Origin: Azolla caroliniana
Taxonomy: Eukaryota > Plantae > Polypodiophyta
Direction: 5' to 3'
Length of the DNA: 64,000 nt
NCBI GenBank assembly: GCA_043228905.1
Contig: JBHGNT010000008.1
Coordinates: 19,902,001-19,966,000 of the forward strand
The first letter of the stretch is position 1. Every line of letters begins with the position of its first letter. The notes below the pieces were generated by a model that was given only the letters and a program-made list of their open reading frames with translations, did not search any database and had not been told where the DNA came from. A program made the translations under genes and the position numbers. This document shows positions 52,301-63,762 of this stretch, one piece after another.

Positions 52301-53649
52301 TCCTTCATGACTGATCAAGGGTACCACAAGACGCAAGCCGACCACTATGTTTGTGATACTCCTCCTGTATGTGGACGTGAATGGTACCGGAATTTTGAAG
52401 GTGGAGACTTCCTGATACTCCTCCTGTACGTGGACGACATGTTGATCATCGGATGAGACCAAGTCAAGATACAGACACTGAAGAAGGCTCTGAACTGGAC
52501 ATTCTCAATGAAAGACTTGGGTCCGGCAAGACAGATACTAGATATGCATATCATCAGGGACAGGTCAAAGAAGCAATTGTGGTTGTCACAGGAGAAATAC
52601 ATGACAAAGGTGTTTTAGCAGTTCAACATGTCAGATGCTAAACCAGTCGGATCGACACTCCCGGCAAACTGCAGGTTATCCGGTAAGAAAAGCATGAAGA
52701 CGAAGGCAAAGAAGGTAGATATGATGAAGATACCATATGCCTCTGCCGTCGGGAGCTTAATGTATGCAATGGTGTGTACCTGACCTGATATCGGATACGT
52801 AGTCGAAGTGGTTAGCCAGTTCATGAGCAATCCCGGCAAGGACCACTGGAATGCGGTAAAATGGATACTCCGATACTTGAAAGGCACCTCAAGTATGTGT
52901 CTCTGATTCGGCTCCGGTAAACCCCAACTTCATAGTTTCACCGATTCGGATATGTCGGCTGATGCGAATACCAACCGATCAACATCCGGATACGTCATGA
53001 CATATGCAAGGGGAGCTGTTTCATGGCAATCGAGGCTATAGAAGACGGTTGCGTTGTCAACCACGGAAGTGGAGTACAAGGCAGTTGTGGAAGCTGGCAA
53101 GGAAATACTATGGATGAAGGACTTCATTGGAGAGTTAGGGAACTGGCAAGAGGAATACCGGCTCTACTGCGACATCCAGCGGAGGTACCACTGGATTCAG
53201 GAGCGAGTGGAAGATCAAGAGTTCGTGCTTACGAAGATCCACGCGGAGGAGAATGGGTCAGATATGCTGACCAAGGTGCTAACGCCCGACAAGCTGGACG
53301 CATGCCGGAAGCAGATCGGACTGACGAGGCATCCCATGTCGAAATGAAGGGGGAGTTTGTTAGGATATCGGTCCCTCGGGATGGGATGATGAAGGCTCGG
53401 TGAGAACCGGATAATGAGTACCTGGCAAGGAAGACCCGGTGAGAACCAAATGTTGCAGACCCAGTGAGAACCTCTCACCGGATGAAGGGACATATATGTA
53501 AATATGTTCCAGAGAGCCCACTGGGGCTATATTTGTAAATAGCCTGAAAGTCATATTAGTATAAATATGACCTAGGGCAAACTCTTGGTGATAGTCATTA
53601 TTTTGTTGTATAGAGCTATTGTTGTAACTATTGTACAGAGCATAGCAGA

Positions 53650-53696
<47 letters not shown>

Positions 53697-53889
53697 AGTC
53701 TCTGTTGTAACTGCCGCCAAGTGAAGATTGTGAGTACGAGGTCGTTGCCTCTATGTTCCCCTGTTGTATTCTCCTTACATAGTGATAGTTTAGAGTCTCT
53801 GGGCTCCTGTGGTTTTTCCCGTTTAGGGTTTTCCACGTTAACATCCTGTGCATTCTCTTCTGTTTGTGTACTTACTTCCATTTCTCCAT
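49323..53889 (+). mobile_element. Internally deleted Ty1/copia (Tnt1/Tork-like family): 5' LTR 49323-49949, PBS 49953-49964, PPT 53347-53357, truncated 3' LTR 53358-~53889
   Basis: TGGTATCAGAGC; gag MFKLTGSNYS; VVDSGASFH; most of the integrase core is deleted near 51195; YVDD; AAGGGGGAGTT. No matching TSD. Confidence 0.93.
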
Positions 53890-55005
53890 CTCCTACAAAT
53901 TGTTGCCTCTTGTAACCTCCAAAATCCATAACGTTTTTCATGTTAGCCTACTAAAGCATTTTCATACAGATGAAATTCGGGGTTGTGAGGCAAGCAATAA
54001 CATGCCATGTGAACCAGAGGCCATATTAAATACACAAGTTTTTCAAGGGAGAAGATGCTACTTGATCAAGTGGTAGGGGCGATCATTGGTGGAAGCTTTG
54101 TGGATTACTGAGGAGGCACTACAGCAAGCACGTTTCGAGTGGTTAATGGAGCCACGAAACCGTCCAAGTTCTTAAGGAAAACCATAGTTAGCACGAGGAC
54201 TAAATGTTGCCACCATGCATAAGTTTCGTGGTCGAAACTCTCACTCCTTATGGGGGAGTGTTACATTTGTTAGGTCTACCTAGAATAAAGTAATTGTTAT
54301 GATTGTTACGACTACTTAAAATAAAGAACCTTGGAAGTACAAACGATTCAATTGTGAATGTTTGGCATTCCCATGATTCCTATTTAATAGGATGCTACTT
54401 TTCCTCGAACGGCAAGCTCCAGTTATTGGAGTTAGTAATACTTATTGAACTACTATAATTATTAGTTTTATTATGCAATGTTTTTCTATGAATTTGTGTT
54501 GGCGGTGGTAACAGGAGGTTTTGGCACTCACAAGTTCTTGCATCCATTTAAGTTTCTGTGAGAGAACATTACATTTTATAATAGGATTTTATTAAGAATA
54601 CTGTAGAAAATAAATAATCAGTTTATCCAGGTTTTAATCAAATTTCTAGCCCACAAAATTCTCACATGGACTCTTAAAGGCCATATATTTTCTTTTAACG
54701 CTTAACAGTCTCAAAAGAATTAGTTATCTCATGAAGTATAATATCTACAGTTTCCAACTAATTATGAGTCTTTTATAAACCGGTGACACTTCAAAGACGA
54801 GATGAATAACTAGGTAAGCATTAGCATTAGCAAAGTACTTCCAAAATAACATGGGAAAGTGAAAAAAGCTAGTTTGTCTTATTAATGATAGGTATGATTT
54901 GGGAGCAATTAGAAAGAACATGGAGGAGGGTAAACTATAACTTAGCTTAGATGAATTAGGAACACATGTAGTCGTAGGTGGAAATGTATGAAAAGAAATG
55001 AAAAT

Positions 55006-55516
55006 TTAGTATGGACGTTGACCGATATAGTTTCTAGGGGGGTCGTAGTTGCATATGATGTATGTTGCAAAGGGGTTGGAGGTGCATTTAGGAGCGACAC
55101 GTCCAACACACCTTGTCTTGGCCCACACCACTTGTGTATAGTGGCCACATTGTTGGCCACATGCACAAGTGTTGGTCTTGTAGCTGTAGTATCAATTCTC
55201 AAATATCCAATCCGTCAAGGTGCTAGGGCATGGGTGGTAGTCCAATACCAATACACGTTCTCTCCATAAGGACCTTTGGAATAAAGTAATGCACCAGCAC
55301 AACCAACTTGTGGTTTATCTTGGCTTATGGCATATTTGTTGGCATAGTCTTCCAATGTTTCACTCCAAACTAGAAGTGGAATGCCCAATTTTTGCCTCTC
55401 CACATTATGAGCATTTAGAAATTGATTTTGTTGTGTTTGCGCTATGCAACCAGGAAAACAACTGATCAACACTAGTACAAGAGTAAAAGTGCATAATTAA
55501 TATGTTGATTTGTCAT
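55006..55516 (-). pseudogene. PR1: PR-1 pseudogene, paralogue of 18335-18859
   Basis: Colinear with copy 1. A 1-bp deletion near 55489 gives a stop at codon 15 (MTNQHINYALLLLY*). 13-bp deletion near 55220. CGA>TGA in the EKRYY motif. C-terminus reads CNYDPPRNYIGQRPY. Confidence 0.92.
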
Positions 55517-58306
55517 TATACATGGTGGTTGCTGAATATTGGACAAAAGGTAATATTTGTATTATCGAATATTAACTTCCCCTTGTTGTGTGTGTTTGTG
55601 GTTGTACTAGCACACACGCACGCACGCACTGACTGATAGATAATAATGTCAATGATAGATATATGCCTCTCAAAGTCAAGGCTATCGTCCATCCTCCATG
55701 TGATACTAATTCAATATTGTAGCCTAAATTATACGTCATTGTCAAATATAATAAAATGCATGTCCAATGTATTAAAATATAGGTTGGAAAAGATTCACAT
55801 CTAAGCATATTCGATAATATTATAAGCAGAGGGACCATGTCTTCCAATTGGTGATTAATATTAAACTTGAGTCGGTGGTGTCTTATGTTTATAATATTCA
55901 ATGATATTGGACCGTAATGATCACAATTGTAGTCTCTTCCAAACAAAACTAGGCTCTACATATCTAGAAAATAATTAGACAATAAATATGTATAGGTTCA
56001 ATGAGGGTAATGTGAATCCTATTGGACCTTACTTCTTTCAAGTTAGACCAACCCTCTAAGCTTAGAAAATGGACCCCTCAATCCTAGGGTGTAAATCGTT
56101 TCTGTTTGTTTACTTGCATGGCAATCATGGTTTCAGGGGGTGCCCTCCCAATCAATGGCGCATCACTCTTTTGGAAGAGAACGTTCTCAACACGTTGTTG
56201 TTCTCGATCATTTTTAATTGCATGAAAATCTCTTTTGCCAACAAAATGTTCATAGAATTGAAATTGTCAATTAGGGATTATTATTAATTCTCCTAGGAAT
56301 AGGAAACCAATAGAACATAGTCAATACATCCTATTTCTCCACCATTTATCAAGTGCTTGAAAATCTCTTTTGGTGAAAACAATTCAATTAGGGATTGTTA
56401 TTAATTTAGAGATAGTATGATGATAACGTGGTAACATGGTTCAACAAGCAATAATGCACATTTTGTACCTCGAATCTCTTTCAAAGAGAGAGAAACTTTA
56501 CACATTATTAATTATGCAAAAGAGTTTTGCATGAGTTTAAGAAGAGTGACAAGAATTTTATTTTTCCGACGGTTTTTAACTTAACCTATGCTCGAGATGT
56601 AGAGCATGGGTTCTCCATGTTTAGGGTGTGTTTGTTTACTCATAGGGTAGTCATGGTTTGAGGGATACCTTCCCTCAATGTCAACCACAAATGCTTCGTT
56701 ATTCTCAGAATTACTCTCTTAATGACAAGAGCCTTTAATATGTATGATAAATCTCTATCATTTCTAAATTACTTCTAGATATATTTTGGTAACAAAGATA
56801 CAATAGACTTGAAAGTAGAGCCTAAGTATTGAAACTACCCGCATGTTAATAATCATTGATATATAATAAGCTTATGATGTCGAAACACGCTCTTCACGCC
56901 ATTGTCAACTTCGTGGGAAATTTGGAAATAATTTTGAAAAGATAATTGCATCTAATTGGCTTAGTGCCTTTGTCCTTGGCATTGGCGTTGGGGCTCTGCC
57001 TTAGGGTGTGAGTCCATTTTTAATTTCTTATATATAGGCTTCTAAGTTAGTCCAAGATTGAAATGTTCTATACACGAAATGTTTTATTATGTCGAGTAGG
57101 ATGATTCTTAGAGCAATTTTGGATATGTCCTGCAAATTGAACGGTGCCTTTGTAGATTTGTGAAGTTGGAGATCTATAGATTTTAGTAAACCGGTAATCC
57201 CACTTTCACATGGTTAAAAACACATTCATTCCATTTATGATTAACTAGAACTCGAAGCTTAATGTATTTAAATCTTTCTATTAATGGCCCAAGGTGGAAC
57301 TACCAACCCCGACAATGGTTGTTTCCTACTCACCTCCCACCCTCTCTCCATTGGAGGACACAGGATCGGGCTCGTGATTCCCCGATTGTGTGCATGCACT
57401 GGTTTATATATAAGCCACCTTGATAGTCTTTTTGTAAAAATTTGTCCTTACTAACCGAAAAGTAGCTCCTTTATTGGAAACAAAAGAACTTTCTATTATT
57501 TCAAGGGGTTAATAATTGAACTACATACATGGAATATCCTTAATTGATAGTCCCCACATGCATGGTTAGAGGTACAATAAAAAAACGTGCGAAAGCTTGT
57601 ACAACACCGACATAGCCGACTGCACTGGACAACAGTACACAATTAGGTATTCGCAGAGGATGGAGAATACAAAGAAAGAGAGATTGAGTTAGTAGACAAC
57701 AAAACTTCTATTACAAAACTCTCAATACATACAATGTGATCATAGAGCACTCTTTATATACAAGTACTGACACAATACCTAATGCTCACTTATGAACACT
57801 AACACAAAACAACTAATATATTCTTATTACAAAAATTGGGATATAGCTCTATTGAACCTTACGAACCTATCGGCTTGTCCACTTCCAGCCTATTTGGCTT
57901 ACCAACTTTTTCCCGATCCTTCGGACTAATCCAGCTTTCGGCCTGTTCAACCAATCCTTTAGTCGATCTGCCTTCATGTTGAGCTCAACACTCTCTCAAG
58001 CTCAACTTGGGGTCCCTCCCATTCTTCACTCTAGCTCCTCCTAACAGCATGCCTCCTAGCCTACACTCATCTACCCATCGATTGTCTTGTTTGATCTAGG
58101 CCTTCGTTGGCCTTCTTCCCGCCATTATGGCTTCGGTGCCCCTCGACCCGTTGGCTTTGACTACCCTCTGTCATGATGACATTCACTCTAGCTCCTCCTA
58201 ACAACATGCATCCTAGCCTACACTCCTCTACCCATCGATTGTCTTGTTTGATCTAGGCCTTCGTTGGCCTTCTTCCCTCCCATTCTTCACTCTAGCTCCT
58301 CCTAAC

Positions 58307-61300
58307 TGTCGAATACAAGTGTATAATGGACGTATTCACACTATCCCTTTGGGCCATTTGTGTAATTAGCATAAATGGTAGTTGCCCTAAGTCGGTCACT
58401 ATATATATTGACCTTGTAACCTTTTTGTAAGGTTGGGTATTGTATTATTGCTTTGTGGAATAAGAAGTCTTTTGTGTCTCTCTCTCTCTCTCTGTGCAAC
58501 GACTAGAAACTGTCATACGCAGGTATTCAGCACTAATCGAATGCTTCTTGATCTTCTGCATAGACGACCTCGTCTGCAACATCTAGTATCAGAGCCTGCA
58601 CAGTAGTCGGTCCTTCAATCCGCTGTCGGCCGTCGTCTCAGCCTGCACAGCATTCGGTTTCCTGTGTCATTCGAAGAAGAGAGAAGAAGAAGAGAAACGA
58701 GGCTTGCATCTCATCGCGTTAGATCATCTTCGCTTGGAGTAAGCCAGCAGGTTGTACTCTGTCCCTTGTGATCGTAACCGCTCGAGGTGAAATCCCCTTG
58801 TGCAACATTGACACGATCGTGCTCCATTCGGTTAAACGGCATCCGAAGAGGTCATCAAACGCCGCTCGCCGCTCATTGTAACCACTCGGTGCAGATCGGT
58901 CTCAAGACAACAACCCAAATTCGTGCTTCATCTGGCTGATCGACATTCGGGAGGATCAGTTGGATCCGTCTCTCTCGTTGCTGCAGTCAACTGAAGCAGA
59001 ATCGGTCCAGATAATCGGTTTTAATAATCGGTATTCGGCATATATATCTGAAGCGAACCGGGCTCACTCCGACTCGGCAACATTCGGGAAGACCAATCGG
59101 TTCTGTCCCTCAAGCTACCGGAGTCAATTCGAGCAAGTTCCGAAGCCGAACCGACTCGGGTTCAAATCCGACTAGAACGATATCGGGTGAGCCAACCGGC
59201 TGCACTCCAACAAGGTTCGTAGTCAACTTTGAACCGAGCTTCGTCAACCGAAACCGAATTTGATGGCATCAACATCCGGCTCGTCAGAAATGAGTCTACG
59301 AAAGTTCGATGGATCGAACTTCAACTTCTGGAAGGAGCAAATGCAGGACTATCTCATAGTCAAGGGGCAAATCGATCCCATCGAAAATGAAGAACCTCCA
59401 GAAGGATACAAACCAATTGAGTGGCAGAAGCTGGACAGAATCGTCCGCGCCACGATTCGGATGCACCTATCGGAATCGGTATACTTTACGGTGCAATCGT
59501 GTACGACAACATTCGAACTGTGGAAAACACTGTCGGACACCTACGAAAAGAAGGTCGCTGCAACGAAGATGTTTCTGATCCGGCGCCTCTACAACTTGCG
59601 GATGAAAGAATCCGATTCGGTTCAAGCACATCTCAACGAGTACGAAAGCATAAGCTCCCAAATCTCATCACAGGGGACGGCAATCGAGGATGAACTCAGA
59701 GCAATGATACTCATGAGCAGCCTTCCCTCATCATGGGAAACTTTCGTCACAACCGTGTGCAACGCGTCAACCACGGCTGTTAAATACTCCGAAGTCACGA
59801 GCGCAATCCTGACCGAAGCAGCTCGGAGAAAGTCTTTCGCCAAAGACTCAACAGACGACGCTTATGTAGTACAAGGTTCGACAGACCGATCGAACATACG
59901 AGGAAGAGATTCCTCACGACCGCCGAACAATCAGCGAAGACGGAGCCAGTCACGGGATAACCGAATCTGCAATTACTGCAAGAAACCCGGACACATCAAA
60001 GCCGACTGCCGCGCACTCAAGAACAAGAACGACAAGTCTCAGAGATCAGACAAGAAGAGTGGCCGGCATGAGGAGATCAATTACGTCAGCTTCTCAGCTG
60101 ATGTGCTACCAGACGACCCGAATATACTATCAATCGAAAATCCAGTCGGATCAGAAGTTCTACTCACGACTGAAGAATCGAGCACATGGCTCTTAGATTC
60201 GGGCGCGTCATTTCACGTGACTCCTCATCGATCCCAATTTCGGCAATATACGATCCGTCACTCCGACTCAGTTCGAGTCGGCAACTCACAACACTGTGAC
60301 ATCATCGGAATCGGCACAGTAGAGCTCAACCTTGCAGGCGGCTCTACACTTGTACTCCACAATGTCCGACATGTACCCGAGCTCTCAAGGCCATTGATCT
60401 CAGTCGGACAACTAGATGAAGACGGCATTCGTGCCGGTTTTTCTTCGGGAGGGTGGACACTCCACAGGGGGAACCTCCTGCTTGCTAGAGGACCCAAGAT
60501 ACACTCCCTGTATCCGTTACATGTTACGCTCAGAGAGGGTAACCTGTTTTTGGTGGATATTCCTGTGTCATCACTATGGCACAGAAGATTAGGACACCTC
60601 AGCAAGGCCGGCATCACGCACCTATCTAGAGCCGGATACATCCCCAAACTCTCCTTCTCCGACCATCAATTCTGCGAGCATTGCCAGTATGGCAAACAAG
60701 TAGCCGCATCACACCCGACATCAGCACCAAGAGAAACGAGACCTCTCGATTTAGTCCACTCGGACGTCTGTGGCCCAATGCCGCATCAGTCTCTTGGCGG
60801 TGCCTCTTACTTCGTCACTTTTATTGACGATTCGACTCGAAAGGTGTGGGCTTATCCAATTCGCACCAAAGATCGGGTCTTCTCGATCTTCTCAGATTGG
60901 CTCGCTATGGTAGAAAATCAAACCGACCGAAAGCTGAAATGCTTTCGGACAGACAATGGGGGAGAGTTCAAATCCGAAGAATTCGTCAAATTCTGCCGAC
61001 AACGCGGCATCCGACGTGAATTTACGGCACCACACAGTCCGGAGCAAAACGGGATTGCCGAACGCATGAATCGGACAATCCAAGAACGGATAGTTTCCAT
61101 GCTCCAACACTCCGGACTGTCGGATGGCTTCTGGGCAGAGGCTCTACTCACGGCAGTACACATAATCAATATGTCACCCAGTAGACCTCTAGGACTTCAA
61201 ATTCCTCAGGAACTATGGATCGGCAGTAAGCCGAATTACGACAAGCTGAGGATCTTCGGATGCGAGGCGTACGCCCTTATTCCGAAAGATGATCGCCGAA

Positions 61301-63762
61301 AACTTGCACCTCGGTCCAGGAAATGCATTTTCCTTGGATATGGATCCGACGGCGAAATGGGATACCGACTCTGGGATCCCGAACGCAGACAAATCGTCCG
61401 AAGTTCGGACGTTGTGTTCAACGAGTCGGCTATGAATCCATCAGTCAAAACACCGATCGAAGTCCGAAGGGTCACATTTTCAGATGTACCGACCCTTCAA
61501 GAAGGCCCCGCTCTTAACACACGGTCAGCTTCACGGGTAGCTGAACCTTACACTACCGACTCGGACAACTCTGACTCGGCACAGCCGAATGATTCGGTTT
61601 CGGACCATCCGACCTCGATACCCGATGCGACCAGTCCAATCATACCTCGACGATCCGAGAGACTGTCGCAACCTCCGGAGAGGTATTCTCTTGGAATTTT
61701 CTTCACCGACGCCGGCGAACCGACGTCTTACGAAGAAGCATCGACATCTGTCGATTCCGCCACCTGGCATCTGGCGATGGAGTCGGAAATGCACTCCATT
61801 CGGGCAAACAAGACTTGGGATCTGGTCGAATTACCTAGGAACCGACGTGCTCTTCCTTGCAAGTGGGTTTATCGACTAAAAGAGACGTCTGATTCGACCA
61901 CCCCAAAGTACAAGGCCAGATTAGTTGCGAAGGGCTTCCGACAAGAATATGGCGTCGACTTCGACGAGATTTTTTCACCAGTGGTGAAAATGACAACCCT
62001 TCGTTTTCTGCTCGGCGTAGTGGCAGCCGACAACTTGGAGCTGATTCAGCTAGATGTCAAAACAGCCTTCCTCCATGGTGATCTTGACGAGGAAATTTAT
62101 ATGGAGCAGCCAAAAGGCTTCGTGGCAACTGGCCAAGAACATCTAGTCTGCCGACTCAGGAAGAGTCTATACGGCCTCAAACAGGCACCGCGACAATGGT
62201 ACAAGAAGTTCGACGACTTCATCCAATCGATCGGCTTCTCAAAAAGCGATGAGGACCATTGTCTTTTTACCAACACAGCTCAAGATGGATCACCCATCTT
62301 CCTCATCATCTACGTGAACGACATGCTAATTTCTGGACGCCACGCGGGCGAACTTGCCGATCTCATTCGGCAACTGCGGTTGAAGTTTGCCATGAAGGAC
62401 CTCGGTCCGGCACGACACATCCTTGGCATGAAGATTAGTCGGCATCGCGATAAACGACATCTTTTTTTGTCTCAGACCGACTATATCGGACGTGTCTTGG
62501 AACGCTTCAACATGCAATCAGCCAAATCTGCTTCAACCCCGCTCCCCATGAATCTTCGGCTCTCTCAGCGAGACTGCCCGACATCCGGTCCGGAGGGGGA
62601 AGATATGAAGTCGGTACCGTATGCACCGGCAGTCGGCTCCCTTATGTACCTGATGGTCGCGACATGGCCTGATATCTCTCATGCCGTAGGAGTCGTTAGC
62701 AGATTTATGCACAATCCTGGCCGATCGCATTGGAACGCAGTCAAGCATGTGTTCAGATATCTGGCTGGCACAAAAGACCACGGCATTCTTTTCGGTCCGA
62801 ACCGAACCTCAGGCGTAGTCGGTTACACCAACTCGGATTTCGCCGGCTGTATAGACAGTCGGAAATCAACAACCGGATACTGCTTCAAATTCGGCAATGG
62901 AGCAATCTCGTGGAAGTCGAAACTTCAGGAGTGCACAGCGACCTCAACGACCGAAGCAGAATATGTAGCTGCGTCCGACGCAGCAAAAGAAGCTTTGTGG
63001 CTCGGTCGGCTGGCGCACACGCTTCGACAAGTCGACCATGACTCGGCTCCAGTTGTCTACAGCGACAGTCAAGGTGTTGTTGCCTTGTCGAAAAATCCGG
63101 TTCACCACAACGCCTCCAAACATATCGACGTTCGATATCACTTCGTTCGGGACTGCGTCATTTCAGGGAAAATCGGTCTAGAGAAAATATCCACAACCGA
63201 CAATGTCGCAGATGGAATGACCAAGTGTCTTTCGGCAGACCGCTTTCGGTTTCTTCGGCATCAGATGGGCGTAACGACAAACCAGTCCGGTTAGAGCCGG
63301 ACACAGAGCAGGATGGTTCCCGACAACCGACATCATTTCCTTAATGATCGGCTTCAACTGTTCCGACCCGACCAGTTCGGTCTTCTGCCTTCGGACCTTG
63401 CCGACTCGAACAAAGCTGATATGTCCGAGAACCTAAGTCTATACCTGTAATCTTAGATAACCCATGTATACGCCCATTACGGGGGAGTGTCGAATACAAG
63501 TGTATAATGGACGTATTCACACTATCCCTTTGGGCCATTTGTGTAATTAGCATAAATGGTAGTTGCCCTAAGTCGGTCACTATATATATTGACCTTGTAA
63601 CCTTTTTGTAAGGTTGGGTGTTGTATTATTGCTTTGTGGAATAAGAAGTCTTTTGTGTCTCTCTCTCTCTCTCTGTGCAACGACTAGAAACTGTCATACG
63701 CAGGTATTCAGCACTAATCGAATGCTTCTTGATCTTCCGCATAGACGACCTCGTCTGCAACA
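58307..63762 (+). mobile_element. Young full-length Ty1/copia with 275-bp LTRs (58307-58581; 63488-63762)
   Basis: TGTCG...CAACA LTRs differ at only 2 positions. PBS TAGTATCAGAGC (58584-58595). PPT GGGGGAG (63481-63487). TSD CTAAC/GTAAC. Confidence 0.98.
59263..63294 (+). CDS. Copia Gag-Pol polyprotein (Gag, Zn knuckle, PR, IN, RT, RNase H), uninterrupted, 1343 aa from the ATG
   Basis: CNYCKKPGHIKADC; LLDSGASFH; HSDVCGP / TDNGGEF / AERMN; YKARLVAKGF; YVNDM; GYTNSDFAG; TEAEY; SKHIDVRYHF. Confidence 0.95.
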   Translation: MASTSGSSEMSLRKFDGSNFNFWKEQMQDYLIVKGQIDPIENEEPPEGYKPIEWQKLDRIVRATIRMHLSESVYFTVQSCTTTFELWKTLSDTYEKKVAATKMFLIRRLYNLRMKESDSVQAHLNEYESISSQISSQGTAIEDELRAMILMSSLPSSWETFVTTVCNASTTAVKYSEVTSAILTEAARRKSFAKDSTDDAYVVQGSTDRSNIRGRDSSRPPNNQRRRSQSRDNRICNYCKKPGHIKADCRALKNKNDKSQRSDKKSGRHEEINYVSFSADVLPDDPNILSIENPVGSEVLLTTEESSTWLLDSGASFHVTPHRSQFRQYTIRHSDSVRVGNSQHCDIIGIGTVELNLAGGSTLVLHNVRHVPELSRPLISVGQLDEDGIRAGFSSGGWTLHRGNLLLARGPKIHSLYPLHVTLREGNLFLVDIPVSSLWHRRLGHLSKAGITHLSRAGYIPKLSFSDHQFCEHCQYGKQVAASHPTSAPRETRPLDLVHSDVCGPMPHQSLGGASYFVTFIDDSTRKVWAYPIRTKDRVFSIFSDWLAMVENQTDRKLKCFRTDNGGEFKSEEFVKFCRQRGIRREFTAPHSPEQNGIAERMNRTIQERIVSMLQHSGLSDGFWAEALLTAVHIINMSPSRPLGLQIPQELWIGSKPNYDKLRIFGCEAYALIPKDDRRKLAPRSRKCIFLGYGSDGEMGYRLWDPERRQIVRSSDVVFNESAMNPSVKTPIEVRRVTFSDVPTLQEGPALNTRSASRVAEPYTTDSDNSDSAQPNDSVSDHPTSIPDATSPIIPRRSERLSQPPERYSLGIFFTDAGEPTSYEEASTSVDSATWHLAMESEMHSIRANKTWDLVELPRNRRALPCKWVYRLKETSDSTTPKYKARLVAKGFRQEYGVDFDEIFSPVVKMTTLRFLLGVVAADNLELIQLDVKTAFLHGDLDEEIYMEQPKGFVATGQEHLVCRLRKSLYGLKQAPRQWYKKFDDFIQSIGFSKSDEDHCLFTNTAQDGSPIFLIIYVNDMLISGRHAGELADLIRQLRLKFAMKDLGPARHILGMKISRHRDKRHLFLSQTDYIGRVLERFNMQSAKSASTPLPMNLRLSQRDCPTSGPEGEDMKSVPYAPAVGSLMYLMVATWPDISHAVGVVSRFMHNPGRSHWNAVKHVFRYLAGTKDHGILFGPNRTSGVVGYTNSDFAGCIDSRKSTTGYCFKFGNGAISWKSKLQECTATSTTEAEYVAASDAAKEALWLGRLAHTLRQVDHDSAPVVYSDSQGVVALSKNPVHHNASKHIDVRYHFVRDCVISGKIGLEKISTTDNVADGMTKCLSADRFRFLRHQMGVTTNQSG

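Larger units (their letters stand above)
31040..54513 (+). mobile_element. Chromovirus copies 2/3, paralogous to 13761-17836, fragmented by nested insertions: segments ~31040-32970, 33180-34511, 48104-48634, 53890-54258; 3' LTR 54259-54513
   Basis: Colinear with 14280-17640. Integrase resumes after the TSD as FKYHGL..VSNKDPRFTRGFWQELF. KIHNVFHVSLLK and the chromodomain-like EPEAIL..YLIKW*G....ALW at about 54010-54110. PPT TGGGGGAG precedes TGTTAC...GGTAACA. Confidence 0.85.

Noticed and set aside
58960-59175. 71-aa upstream ORF in the copia 5' UTR
   Set aside because: Non-ATG start and no recognisable motif.
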